Positions 11,601 to 23,843 of a DNA stretch of 26,088 nt are shown here, piece after piece. Both the position numbers and the translations under genes were made by a program. This stretch comes from Ancylonema sp. (Eukaryota): the NCBI GenBank assembly GCA_050230475.1, contig JBFLGF010000012.1, forward strand, positions 124,001-150,088, read 5' to 3'. Position 1 is the first letter of the stretch. The number at the start of each line of letters is the position of its first letter. The notes under the pieces are model-generated. The model saw only the letters and a list, made by a program, of their open reading frames with translations, searched no databases and was not told the DNA's origin.

Positions 11601-14600
11601 GGTCGGATCGTGGGGGCCATCATGCCCACCCTCATCTCTTCCCAAAAGAAAGACGCAGACTCTGGGTTAGGGAAGCAGGGGGGTGTGGAAGACAATGAGG
11701 GAGGGGCTCAGCATTTGGGAGCTGCTGTTCTGGTTCTGAGCGAGCTGCTTGTGAAGAACCGGAGGCTGCTGGAGGGTCAGCTCACAAAGGTTCCTCTCTT
11801 ACATGACGTGCCCGAGCTTGCACACATCAACGCAGTTCTGAAAGACGCCCGAAGCCAGCTCACGTTGCGCGGTCATTTCATGATGGCGTGTGAAGCTCTC
11901 GGCCATGAGAACCTGAGCGTGCGGCGACTGTCCCCTCTTGCCCCAGCAGGCCATGGCAGTGCTCGGCTGTCTGGCGACGTGGAAGGAATGCTCTGTGGAG
12001 GTTCTGCTGACTGAGGAGAGCTACATGCCTCTAGCGGAGGCTCTATTGAAGAAGGACCCCAGAGTGCTGGAGGTGGTGGAGGAGTTCTATGTGCAGGCGG
12101 CTAACCAGAGCAAACGAACAATCCTGTCGAATTCGCAAAGGGGAATCGTGAAGGCTCTGGTGCTTCACATGGATAAGGACACGGAAGCTGATAAGGAGAG
12201 GTGGGGACTGGCATGGTTCGCATGTATGGACTTTATGAAATAACGAGTGTGGTCCCTCGGCACGTGGGGGCTCAGTGCTCATCCTCGACACCTCTCATAG
12301 AATGTGTGTGCAGTGACCTCATGTGTTAACCGAAAACTCTCTTTGGGAGAGAGTGGAGGTGAATGAACTGAGTTTTGCGCACCTCCCGGCAGGTCTGCCA
12401 TGGTGGTGCCTGCGCTGCAACGCCTGGCTAAACTGTGCACTGGTTCCAACAACCTTCCTGACTTTTTGAAGACCCACTTCCCTGAGGTCCTGTACTACAT
12501 GGGCGTCATGCTAGCGGAGACGGATCCCTTCCGGAGGGAGAGAACGCTGAGGGTGGTTGGGCGGATGATGGAGCTGATCGGGCCACACATCGGCGCATTC
12601 GTTCCAAACATCATGGTCATCCTGGCTAACGGTGCCAGAAATTCGGAGCATGTGGGTCAGGCTCTGGCCAATCTACTGGCGTTTGTGAAGACTCTGGCCA
12701 AAAGGGCACCAAATCAGTTGCAATCTGTGGCAGGTCGGATCGTGGGGGCCATCATGCCCACCCTCATCTCTTCCCAAAAGAAAGACGCAGACTCTGGGTT
12801 AGGGAAGCAGGGGGGTGTGGAAGACAATGAGGGAGGGGCTCAGCATTTGGGAGCTGCTGTTCTGGTTCTGAGCGAGCTGCTTGTGAAGAACCGGAGGCTG
12901 CTGGAGGGTCAGCTCACAAAGGTTCCTCTCTTACATGACGTGCCCGAGCTTGCACACATCAACGCAGTTCTGAAAGACGCCCGAAGCCAGCTCACGTTGC
13001 GCGGTCATTTCATGATGGCGTGTGAAGCTCTCGGCCATGAGAACCTGAGCGTGCGGCGACTGGGCGCGCGGGAGTTGTACGAATTCCTTCACCATCGAAC
13101 AGAAGCCGTCTCTTTTCCGGAGGACAGCAATGGTTCCGTAGATCCGGACGGGGTGAGCCAGATCCGGGAGGCCCTGCTCAGGTGCTGCACAGAGGAATTG
13201 TCTTCGGGTCCCCAGAGTGCGCTTATACGGAAAGCGGGAGATCGGGAGGAAGGCCACCTGGTTCGTATCGCGTGTGCCATGTGTCTGGGGGAGTTGGGGG
13301 CCATCGACCCTGCCAAGCTCCAGCTGCAGGCGCAGCAGCGACCCAGGCTCGGGAATTCCGACCAGGAGCTAGTGTGGGATCTCATAACAGTGCAGTTGAT
13401 GAAACCGTTACGAGCTGCCTCCGGGGTGGCAACCCAAAACGCGGCCCGACTTGCGGTCCAGCAGCTGCTGGAGATGAGTGGGTGCACAGCGGCATTGGTG
13501 GGGCGGTTGGAACCATCCGGGCGGGGTGAAAGCGACGCCGACCCCCCAGATATGGAGGGGGGCAGGAAGCTGTGGTCCCGATTCTCTGAAGACGTGAAAG
13601 CCATCATCTCGCCCTACCTCACCACCAAGTTCGTGCTGAACACAACGATGCTTGTGGCCCCTGGTCCGATTTTCAACCGGCAGGAGAGTTATGGTCGCTG
13701 GCTGTACCTGTGGATCAAGAAACTGGTCGCCCAGTGCCCAAACAGGAGGGGAAGGATTCTGCACAGCTGCCAAGGTGTGGTGAAGCACGACGTGGACATA
13801 GCCCTCTACATCCTGCCATACTGCGTGCTGAATGTCGTCTGTGGCGGGTCGGATGAGGCCCTAGATGGTGTGAAACAGGAAATCGAAACGGTTTTGGCAG
13901 AGGGGGGTGTAGAGGCGGAGGGAGCATGGTCTGCTGCTGGGTGGGACAACAGTGGGACTCCAGGTGGCAGCAAAAACAAGGAGGGTAGTAGTAGTTTCAC
14001 GGGGGATGAGGCTGTAGAAGTGAGCACGCAGACCATCTTTACTCTCTTGGATTCACTAGGGCAGTGGCTGGATGACTGCAAAATGAGCATCGCCGCCTTG
14101 AGGTCTCGTAAGAGTCACCTTCAGACGACTGGCAAGGGCAGTGACACCAAAGTGGAGGAGGAGATCAGAAGGCAGGACTCGAAAAGAAAGCGGGTGGAGA
14201 GACTGCTGACAGCTGTGCCAGTGAGCAGTCGGGCGCTGGCGTGGGCGTCCTATCGCTGCGGCGCTCGTGCCCGAGCCTTGCGCTATTTCGAGACGGAGTT
14301 GAGGAGCAAGAACACGGAGGCCGGGACGCTGAACCCGGCTGCTGCTGTGAGTGGGTTCTTTGAGGATAAGGATGTCTCCCAACTGCTGGAGCTATACAGC
14401 GAGATGGAGGAGCCGGATGGGCTGATCGGGATCTCGAAATTGAGGGGGCCCTCTTGCTCGCCTGATCAGAGCCTTCATGACCAAGTATCAATCCACGAGC
14501 AGGAGGGACACTGGGCGCAGGCTCTCACCTGCTACGAGCAGGGGCTGGATGAGACGGAGTTCAGGGCATCAGCAGCTCGTCACGGGGGGCAACTGAATTG

Positions 14601-17600
14601 CCTGCTCAACATGGGGCACCTGCAGGCCATGATAACCCACGTGGATGGCCTCCTCGTCCGCCACCCTGAGTATGCCAGGGAGTGGAGCGCCAGGGGTGTG
14701 CAGGCGGCCTGGCGGCTGGGGCAGTGGGATCGTCTGGACCAGTACATCACTAGATTTGAGGACACGGAGGAGAGCGGGTCTCTCGCTAGCAGCAGCCCTG
14801 AGTTTGAGGTGGGATTGGCCAGAATGATACAGGCCATGAAACGAGGGGAAGGGCAAACCTTTTATGGGTACCTGAGGGAGGCGAGAGAGGGGCTGCTGGC
14901 GCCCCTGGCGGCTGCCGCAATGGAGTCCTACAGCCGGGCATACCCCATCCTTCTCAAGTTGCACATGCTGCGGGAGCTGTCCGACTGCGGGAGCTTTGGG
15001 GTGTTCGGGGGGGAGGGGAATGAGGACAGTCCGTCTGGGGCCGAACACAGGAGTGTCGCTACTTTGCTGCGGGAGTGGGAGCAGCGGCTGGAGGTGACCC
15101 AGCCATCTCTGGGTATCAGAGAACCCATACTGGCGCTCCGACGAGTGGTCTGCACCACCGGGGGGCTGCAGGCGGAAGTGGGGGCGAGCTGGTTGCAGTA
15201 CGCCAACATGTGTCGCAAGGTGGGGCACATGCAGACCAGTCGAGCCATTCTGCAGGCACGCCACCACAAGGCCCCGCTGGTGTACATGGAGGCCGCCAAA
15301 CTCAACTGGGCGAACAAACAGACCCACACAGCAATCGCAGAGCTGGAGGGGGTGCTGCACACCCATGAGAGGCTGCTCAGTCCAAAGACGGTAGAAGCCC
15401 TGGGGTTCCTCCCCGCCCCCATCCACACTGTCAATGAGGGCCTCGGGGCAGGGGGCCCCGACGAGAAGCGTGAAGTGGCAAAAGCGCTGCTGCTCCTGAC
15501 GCGCTGGGTGCATCACACGGGGCAGAAGCAGAAGCAACAGGTGCTGAATCTGTACACCGCCCAGGTGCAGACTCTGCAGCCAGAGTGGGAGAAGGCATAC
15601 TTCTGCCTAGCTCGCTACTTTGACGACCTCTATGTAGACGCCAAGCACAGGCAGAGCCAGGGGGGCGAGGAACACGTGTCAAGAGCGGCCCCACGCGCCC
15701 GCCTGCCAAAGGACGACAAGCTGATGTGGTACACGTATCAAGTCGAGGCCATTCAGACGTACTCCAAAGCCCTCCTCAAGGGCCACAAGTACATTTTTCA
15801 GTCCCTCCCACGCCTGCTCACCCTCTGGTTTGATTTCGCCTCCTGGCTCGCTGACCAGTCAAAGCTCTCCAAGGCCCTTTTAGTGGAACAAAAGAAGGTG
15901 GGTGTGTACCCACGAGGGTGGTACTGAGGCTTCGTGAGCATCCTGATCACGGAGTGAGTGTTTTGGTGACGTGGCAGGTGGATGACGTTTTCACCCAGCT
16001 CTCCCGTGGTCTGCCCACCTACAAGTGGCTCACTGCCATGCCTCAGCTGGTGTCCCGTATCTGCCACCGCAGCTCCAAGGGGGTGGTGGAGCCGCTGAAA
16101 AGGATTCTGGTGCAGATCCTGCAAGACCATCCCCAGCAGGCCCTATGGACCATGGCCGCCGTGTCCAAGTCTACGCTGGAGACGCGGATGAAGGTCGCCA
16201 CGCAAATCATCCAGCTGGCAAAGAAGGGGCTCAGGACCAACCAGGACATCACGCTGTTTGAGAAGGGAGGCGGAAAGAAACCAGCTCAGCTCGCGGGTGG
16301 TGAAGATTCACGTGGTGTGCTTTAGGAAGTGAGTTGTCGATACTGAATGCTGAATGCTGAATGCTGAATGCTGAAATGGTGTTCGGGATCCGGGTGTCGT
16401 AGGTTGGCGGACTCAACTGGGGGGAAGAATCTCACGTTCTCAATCCTATTAAATGCCCCACCAGGACTGTGGAACCTTTCTCTCTGTTCTGCCTCTCTCC
16501 CATACTTGAAGCTACATTCCACCACTCTCAACATTTGCGATGTTTGTGACAGGGACGTGTAGATGAACAAAGCACCCACTTCTTACCTCACCCTCTCCTT
16601 ATCCCCTTCCCTCCATCTCACATCTCATTCACTGCCCCATCCCCCATCCCCCATCCCCCATCCCTCTCCTGCGTGCTCAGTTCCCAGTGTTCATCGACCA
16701 GATGATCAAGCTCTGCTTCCTCAACGTGGACAAGAAGGTGAAGACCCTCAAGCTGGCGTCTGCCATGACTTCCCTCCCTGCTGTCATGCCCCTAGAGATC
16801 GCCATGCCTGTTCAGCGTGCCCTCACTGTCATCCTGCCCGCCAAAGGAGCCGCTGGCGCTGATCACAACCCCTTCCATTCTGGCTGGGCCTCCATTAGCA
16901 GCATAAGGGACGAGGTGGAGGTGCTCCAGTCGCTTCAGAAGCCCAAAAAGGTGACTCTTCCTCCTAACCATCCGACACACCCTCCTCACCCCACATCCCC
17001 CAAAAACGTATCCACAGAGTTGAGAGTAGAGTTACGGACTGCCTGCCACTGCCACTGCAGGTGGTGTTGGTGGGCAGCGATGGGGTGGAGTACCCGTTCC
17101 TTTGCAAGCCCAAAGACGACCTGCGCAAGGATGCGCGCATGATGGAGTTCACAGGGATGCTCAACCGCCTGCTCACCAAGGATGCGGGCAGCAGGCGGAG
17201 GAACCTCTACATCCGCACCTTTGCTGTCATCCCCCTCACTGAAGAAAGCGGGATGATCGAGTGGGTGCCCAACCTCAAGGGCCTCCGTAACATCCTCCAG
17301 GTACCCTCAACCCCCAATCGCACCACGACACCCTGCACATCGTGTTCCGCTACCTCATACTTCCGTCTTCCCTCTTCCCTTTCCCGTGATCACGATCGAC
17401 GGACAGGATCTCTATCTAAACTCTGGCCACTTCGACCGCCTGACGACCAACCCCCGCATCAAGCGCGCGTACGACGCATCCCCCCCCAACCAGGAGGCCA
17501 AGATGCTGCGCGAAGCCATCCTGCCCTCCTTCCCCCCCATCTTCCACACCTGGTTCCTCCACTCCTTCCCCGAGCCTGCTGCGTGGTTCCGCGCCCGTCT

Positions 17601-18467
17601 CGGCTATGCGCACACCACGGCTGTGTGGTCCATGGTGGGGCACATTGTGGGGCTGGGGGATCGCCACGGGGAAAACATTCTGTTCGACAGCTGTACGGGG
17701 GACTGCGTGCACGTGGACTTCAGCTGCCTCTTCGACAAGGGGCTGGCGCTAGAGAAACCGGAGCTGGTGCCCTTCCGTCTCACTCAGGTAACCCTCTCTT
17801 TTCTGCCCTGTCTTGCGAACAGTACAGCACAGATGATTCAGAACCCCCACACACGCCATTCACATCTGAACGATCTTCACTGCCTGCCCCCCACTCTCCT
17901 CCCCCACTCCACATGCGCAGAACATGATCGACGGCCTGGGCATCAGCGGGTACGAGGGGGTGTTCATGCGGGTGTGCGACATCACTCTCTCCGTGCTGCG
18001 CAGCCATCGGGAGAGTCTGATGAGTGCACTGGAGACGTTCATCCACGACCCCCTGGTGGAGTGGACCAAGTCCCACAAGTCTAGCGGTGTGGAAGTGCTA
18101 AATCCGCATGCGCAGGTGCCTACACTCCTCCACATCACTCGTTTTATCACGACTCCAATCTGGAATGTGCAATGCCACATTCCTCCCCATCCTATATGTC
18201 AATTCTTGGTCCGTCTCACACAACTCTAGTGTACTATTACGGTGCCTGGTCCCTTGGGGGTTGCATACGGAAGTGATGTGGTGGGTGTGGGGGTTGCAGA
18301 GGGCCTTGGCGAGCATTGAAGCCCGCCTGCAGGGCGTTGTGGTGGGTGTGGGAGCGGCGCCCTCATTACCTTTATCAGTGGAGGGGCAAGTACACCGATT
18401 GATTGCAGAGGCGGTTTCCCTAGAGAATCTAGGGAAAATGTATATATGGTGGATGCCATGGTTCTGA
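5612..18467 (+). CDS. ATR: Serine/threonine kinase ATR (PIKK: HEAT repeats, UME, FAT, PI3K-like kinase, FATC); disrupted as given in this sequence
   Basis: Phase-consistent exons: 5612-5786, 5974-6124, 6274-6386, 6543-6871, 7146-7276, 7413-7557, 7660-8310, 8483-8555, 8612-9047, 9262-10027, 10190-10519, 10815-11068, 12393-15897, 15978-16265, 16681-16950, 17061-17300, 17407-17787, 17921-18115, 18300-18467. Total 8601 nt = 2866 aa plus stop, using one copy of the duplication and reading through the TGA. ATR-type motifs include VLRLLTHTCKKLPGVFGHG, CLGELGAIDP, MESYSRAYP.LLKLHMLREL, LPRLLTLWFDF, FLCKPKDDLRKDARMMEF, GLGDRHGENIL, VHVDF, VPFRLTQNMIDG and LGKMYIWWMPWF*. The 5' exon boundaries are less certain than the 3' ones. 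Confidence 0.93.
10033..10072 (+). repeat. (TGGCAGCA)5 intronic tandem repeat
   Basis: Five perfect 8-bp units directly after the ATR donor GTAAG at 10028. Confidence 0.95.
10799..13062 (+). repeat. 1132-bp direct tandem duplication inside ATR (copy 1 10799-11930, copy 2 11931-13062)
   Basis: Identical translated ORFs recur at an offset of 1132 (10911/12043, 11268/12400). The junction is GCGACTG|TCCCCTC at 11930/11931. I found no difference between the copies by eye. Confidence 0.97.
12393..15897 (+). CDS. ATR: ATR large exon (3505 bp): UME region, HEAT repeats, FAT domain
   Basis: Lies in ORF 12400-15927. Acceptor CCCGGCAG ends at 12392 and donor AAG|GTGGGT starts at 15898. FAT-type motifs include EEPDGLIG, GVQAAWRLGQWD and WEKAYFCLARYFD. 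Confidence 0.92.
16343..16375 (+). repeat. (CTGAATG)4+ intronic tandem repeat
   Basis: Four perfect 7-bp units plus CTGAA in an ATR intron. Confidence 0.9.
16635..16664 (+). repeat. (CCCCCAT)~4 repeat in the polypyrimidine tract of an ATR intron
   Basis: ccccatcccccatcccccatcccccatccc just upstream of the acceptor at 16680. Confidence 0.85.
17061..18467 (+). CDS. ATR: ATR kinase and FATC exons (17061-17300, 17407-17787, 17921-18115, 18300-18467)
   Basis: All GT-AG, phase-0 junctions. Catalytic DRHGEN and VDF motifs are intact. The FATC end is LSVEGQVHRLIAEAVSLENLGKMYIWWMPWF*. Confidence 0.95.
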
Positions 18468-20930
18468 TGGGCACGTTTCTTGGGCTCTCCTTGTACAAAA
18501 TTTATGTTTGGTTCTCTTTATAACTGCGACCGTGACTGCTTTGGTCCCTTTACACCACTCACCGAGCTTGAGTGTCTCTCTTCGGAATGGGCACCTCGAA
18601 TGCCCATCAGGAAGAATATGGCTTCGGACAATTATTGTTTTTTTATAAATATGCACACTTTCCAATGAGGAACTTATTGCGATCGATCACAGGGGTTGAG
18701 ATCGTGAGGCCTAGGGGAACCCTGTGGGTGGGGTTAGCTCTTCTTTCCATTTCAACTTCAGCATGATATCTATCCGGTTATGTTCATCAATTTTCAACAA
18801 GTGTATCACTTCATGGGAACTAGTGTCTTACCTTTCAACATGTCTACCGATCGTATGTTGTCTTCGTATATCATTTTTTATAAAGTATGGTGAGTGTCTT
18901 GTGTCCATTCGCCACATTCTTCCATTTATCATCAACAGACCCGATGACAATACAAATGTACTATGCTATGTGATATGCCAAAACAATATTGCGATATTTC
19001 ACACAATCTCCCACCTGTTACACAACCCGTGCTTCACATCAACATTGGACACCTAAATGTTCGTGTGTGCAAGGTAGAGGCACGTTGAATCGTTGAGGGA
19101 TATGAAGTTTGAGCCCATGCGACACCGCAGTGGCAAATATGTGGTATCACGGTAGTGCTAAACTCGACGTTGCTTAGTGAGGTTTGACAGCGAAACATCC
19201 CTTCTACTGGCGTGAGATCATGACGCAAAGACACATGACAAATGACGAAAATACTCACAGTCGGTCAACACACGAGTAACTAACTGCGCGAGCACATTAA
19301 GGTATCGATTAAAATGGGTGTTTTTGGCAAAGCAAGTGCTCGAAAACTGAGTGTCGGTTTGTTAATGACCGACACAACGAGTAAAGGGGCAACACCTGAC
19401 CAAAATAGAACACAAACGGTCAAGATACCTGAGGTCTCCCTTAGCGCTATGTGCGCAAACCTAGGTGATTGTTAAATGTGTTAGTTTCTCCTCTCATAGT
19501 GTCGAGTGACGGCGCCTTGCTAATCGATTAGCAAGTGACGTCAGTTCGATCTCGCTCTGACTACGAAGATTTTTGTATTAAATCTTTTTAAATGGGATGC
19601 GTCACTGGGATCGATACTCTAGCAACCTCTACACAACGATCGACAATAGTTCGAATACGGTGTACTTATTGACGGTATGCGACCGATCATGACGTATTAG
19701 AGACATGATTGTGAACATAGTAGCGCAACTAGCACAAAAAGCAACGCCAGAAGTTGTTAGAACAAATATGTTGACCACAACGGAACTTTGTTGTAAATAG
19801 CGGATGGGGTGAATATCTCAGGTGTTAGGTGAATTGTGTTGATTGCAACGAGGTACTAGAACATGTGGGGTGACCAAAAAACATTCGAAGGGAGTGAGGT
19901 AAAGGTAGTGGAGAGACCAGTGTCTATGAGATCTATGTGTGTACATCCATGTTGAGCGAAAGATACGAATTCGCACGTGGGAATGAATATTACGACAAAG
20001 TTCGTTATAAGTGATGAATCGCACGTGTGACTATGGCACGATGGCACGATGTTAGATGGTACGACACCAGCAACAATCACATTCTGATGTGAGTGGGAAA
20101 TTAAATGTGTCTCGTACGGTGTCAAAGTTATTTGACGCCGTCTTTGACTCAAAGATGCACCTCCTCTTCAACAACCCAGCCCCAGCCTCAGCCTGGGAAT
20201 GTCTTCCCCAGCCTTCCCAACTTGAGAAGCCTGAAAATTGCCGAGTTGGAAAACGCCAAGGTGGGAAATGTCGGTTACCGGATAGGCGTTCCACGCTGAT
20301 TCACGAGGAAAGGTTGGCAACCAGTCGCGATGGCGCAATATGTTATTTTTGCAATTTTGCAATGTCAATTTCAATTGCGCCTGTCGCTCTTCACCAGCTC
20401 AGCCCGTTCCGCAGGCTCCAAGTAAGTTGGACGTTACTTCAAAAAAAAATGATTTTTTCCTCGTGCCACTCTCTGCTGCATGTAGGTAAAAAATAACACT
20501 TACAGAGAACGCAGTGGTTGCAATTATCTGCCGCCAGAGACGATTGGTCAAACGCGTGATAGCTACAAAGTGAACATCTGTTGCTTCGGTTTTGTGGTTG
20601 GCAGCTTTCCTCCTACAATGCTGCAGTAATTCTACAGGTTAATTTCATTGCAAGGTACAATCTCACTTGTCTGTTCCTATGTTTGTAAAGAAAAGTGTAA
20701 GAGCGTATGGAAAACCGATTGCAAAAAATCGAATGTGATCCAAGTTGTGGTATTTTCATGATGATGTATACTGTTTGTTTTTCCAGCTGACTTCGGCATT
20801 AAATCCACGGAGGTGTAGAACCATCGTATCCATCGCAACGGTCTGCGAATAACTATTAGTGAAATAACTTGAAGCTTGCAAGTTTGGTACAGTTTTATTT
20901 GTGAGACCTCTTCAGCGTCGAGCACAACAG

Positions 20931-20970
20931 AGTGCGTAGTGCGTAGTGCGTAGTGCATAGTGCATAGTGC
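20931..20970 (+). repeat. (AGTGCRT)5+ tandem repeat
   Basis: AGTGCGT x3, then AGTGCAT x2, then AGTGC. It lies upstream of the NECAP-like start, possibly in a 5'UTR intron (pyrimidine tract plus TTTCAG near 21226). Confidence 0.9.
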
Positions 20971-21249
20971 CTGGCAGAGTTTCGCCGATATGGTCAGTTG
21001 GACTGGCATTCTGGTGGATCGAGTGATCTAAGCTATTTCTATGGAGTTAGTCATACATATGTGTCTATTGGCGCGGAACATAGCATAATTAAGGCCTCAA
21101 AGTGCAATTATTCACACCTAAATTCTTCGCAATCCGCTAAAGCTGTTTTAAATCAGCTTACCGTATGATGCTGTCAAACTCTCTGACTCTCTCCCTCTTT
21201 CTGTCTCTTTCTCTGCCTTCTTTCAGTTTTTAATCATCGCCTGAAACCA

Positions 21250-22583
21250 ATGTCCTCTGGTGGGGACCCTAGCTTCACTCCTACGCTGGTGATCGTTCGT
21301 GAAGTAAATGTATATAAGCTGCCTCCTCGTCCCGCCACGGGGGGCTGGAACTGCGCTGAATGGTTGGTCTCCGACAAAATCTGGAGTGGAAGACTGCGCC
21401 TTGTGTCCAGGGAAGCCGATTGCGAGATTCGACTAGAGGATCCTGCTTCAGGGGATCTTTTTGCTTCCTGCCTTCTGGCTCCCGGAAAACGTGACGCTTC
21501 TCTGGAGAGTGTTACAGACAGCTCTCGTTACTTCATTTTACGAATAGATGATGGGGCTGGTCGCCATGCTTTTATCGGTTTGGGCTTTGATGAACGCAAC
21601 GACGCCTTTGATTTCAATGTAGCTATCAGTGATCATGAAAAACACGGGTTTCTAGAAAAGGAGCGGATAGAGGAAGCAGGTGGCGCGGATGAGGCAGCCG
21701 AGGACGATGAAGGAGAGGTTGCAGCAAAACCCGTGCTTGATTTGAGACTAAAAGTAAGAGAACTGTTTTGTCATGCCTTGCTTTTCTTGACCTGTTTGGA
21801 GAGTGTACGTGACAAGAGACGAGCAAGAGATGAGTGTGAACGATGACAAGATCTCAATGCAAGAATCGGATTGCTGTTATGCATGCCGGAAGCCATGGTG
21901 CACCTTCCTTGGTGAAATGTAGGATTCTATGTACACTGGTCATGGGCAGGACTGATTGGGTAACTACACGGCAAACAATCCCCTCCAAGTGATTGTCTCT
22001 GGATAGCGACGATATCAGCTAGCAGGCGTGTGCAAGTACTTGCGGTGCTTTATTTCTGACCCAGATTGCCGTGCCTTGGGCTGTAGGAAGGGGAAACGAT
22101 GCGAATCAATGTCAAGGTGTCGAGTGGTGGGGGGGGGAGAAAACTGAGTGTGAATGGAGGGGTACCGAGAATGGCAGCCGTAGGCGCCATGAAAGCCGCA
22201 CTCGCCCCTCCCCCTGGGGGCTTCCGCTTACGCCAACCGTTGCCTCCACCAAAGAGCAGTGACGTAAATACCGGGCTCGCATCGACTGCCGTGGGAGCAG
22301 ATGGCTTAGAGGTGAGTGGACACCAGAATGGATGGACGAGGATGAAACCCCGAAGCACACACTCTGTTGTGGGATACTTTGAGATGAGTGATATTCGTGT
22401 TCTTTGTGCCGCTATGGTGAGGATGCAGTGATGATGAAGCTGAGCAAACAGTTCGAGGAGGAGGTGGCAATATGCTCATTTGCTTTCTAAAGCCCTCTGA
22501 CACAATTAAGTCGGATGCGTTGTGGGCAGAAGGAAGATCCAAAGTCAAGTACGAAGGAGGATGCTGGGTGGGCTGCATTTTGA
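21250..22583 (+). CDS. NECAP: NECAP-like adaptin ear-binding coat-associated protein (PHear/DUF1681 domain), 260 aa
   Basis: Exons 21250-21753, 22087-22311 and 22530-22583, all GT-AG and phase 0. Motifs: VYKLPPR, IRLEDPASGDLFA, ESVTDSSRYFILRIDDGAGRHAFIGLGF.ERNDAFDFNVA. The splice rebuilds LRLK|EGETMRINVK. The C-terminus AGWAAF* is a WxxF ear-binding motif. Confidence 0.93.
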
Positions 22584-23843
22584 AATGAATTTGTGGGAGT
22601 GAGTGCTGTGCTGCTTTCTCGTGGCCATCCCCGGCATTATGCGCAACCCCACACCAAGCAGGGCGCCCCAGGGGTTGGAGGTTGGGCACAATGCTGCCTT
22701 TCCAAGGTCGTGCTTCCATAGATAGAACATTGATTTTCTTCGTTCCTAACAGCGCTTCAGAAAATTATCTCGACATAATCGTCATATGAAGATGTCGCTC
22801 TCCATATTAGTGCTTCAGTGTTTGCACTTATAGGCTTTTTTTGGAGTGTGTCCAGTCAAATATTGTACGAAGTCGTGATTCTCGTACTGAAGATGAGGAC
22901 TGATGAAATGACTATACATTGATTTCGGTACCGTGATCATGCAAGTAATGACGGAATTTACTTTGAACTTTACGAACAAGGAAGTGTGATTATCGTTTTT
23001 AATTGAATAAACGATGCTTTTTAAAACTTTGTTAATTTCCATTCTTTCAAGAACATGTGTACAAATGTTCATTGTGTATTACCACGTGTTGAATCATTGT
23101 GAAATTGTAATGTTCACAAGCCTATGCCAAACTGTATTCCACGCGGGAATCACTTGACTTTGACTCGTGTTTGATGGCCTAGAATTGGACCATTGAACAC
23201 ATATAACCCTTGAAAATCATCGTAACTTTGGGACTTTTGGTTTCGAATTTCTATGAACGCTAAGTGAAAGACTTGTGAAAACTTTGATGGACAATATTGA
23301 ATCACTAGGATGTCTAGTCATCTCATTGTGAAATTCACGATTTACATACCGGAATGTAAGATGTAATGGTAATGTTCACAACTCTACTTTAGATGGTTTG
23401 ATTGTCTTGCAATGTTGTTGTCATGTACGAATTCAAGTACGAATTCCTTCTTCATACTTGCATACTTTGTGCCAGATTCTTCACGTCCTTTGCATGCATA
23501 TGGTGTTTGAATGATGCCAATATCTTCGCCACCAGCATAATCTTAAACGGTGGGAAGAACACCACTTTAAGTGCCTCTCGCCACATACCTCATGCCCTTC
23601 CCAATTTATTTGACATACGATCAAATGGGAGCGGTTGATGTAGGCTGACTGAAGGTTTCATCCCCTCCTCGTTGTCAATTCAGATTTTCGACTTAGAGTC
23701 ATGAGCCTTCTCTTCATTGAAAATGACATTAAAAGAAGACAAGGGGATGAGAGGCCAGCTAACATTGTATGTCAAGACAAGCTATTTATATATACACACC
23801 CCAGTCTGTGCTGCTGACAGGTGTACCTGTCGGCCCCTCCCCC

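Noticed and set aside
14569..15537. 322-aa antisense ORF and many other overlapping ORFs within ATR and the UBA gene
   Set aside because: They are shadows of GC-rich coding sequence with no recognisable domain.
18860..18950. Minus-strand peptide SVDDKWKNVANGHK resembling a Myb/SANT-trihelix motif
   Set aside because: Too short, bounded by stops, and without supporting domain context.
19140..19380. TGGTATCA (partial tRNA-Met primer-binding-like site) and an 8-bp hairpin GTGTCGGT/ACCGACAC at 19351-19375
   Set aside because: No LTR pair or gag/pol remnant was seen, and matches this short are expected by chance.
23090..23385. Short direct repeats CATTGTGAAATT and GTAATGTTCACAA in AT-rich intergenic DNA
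   Set aside because: Only two copies with irregular spacing; not a CRISPR array and not assignable to an element.
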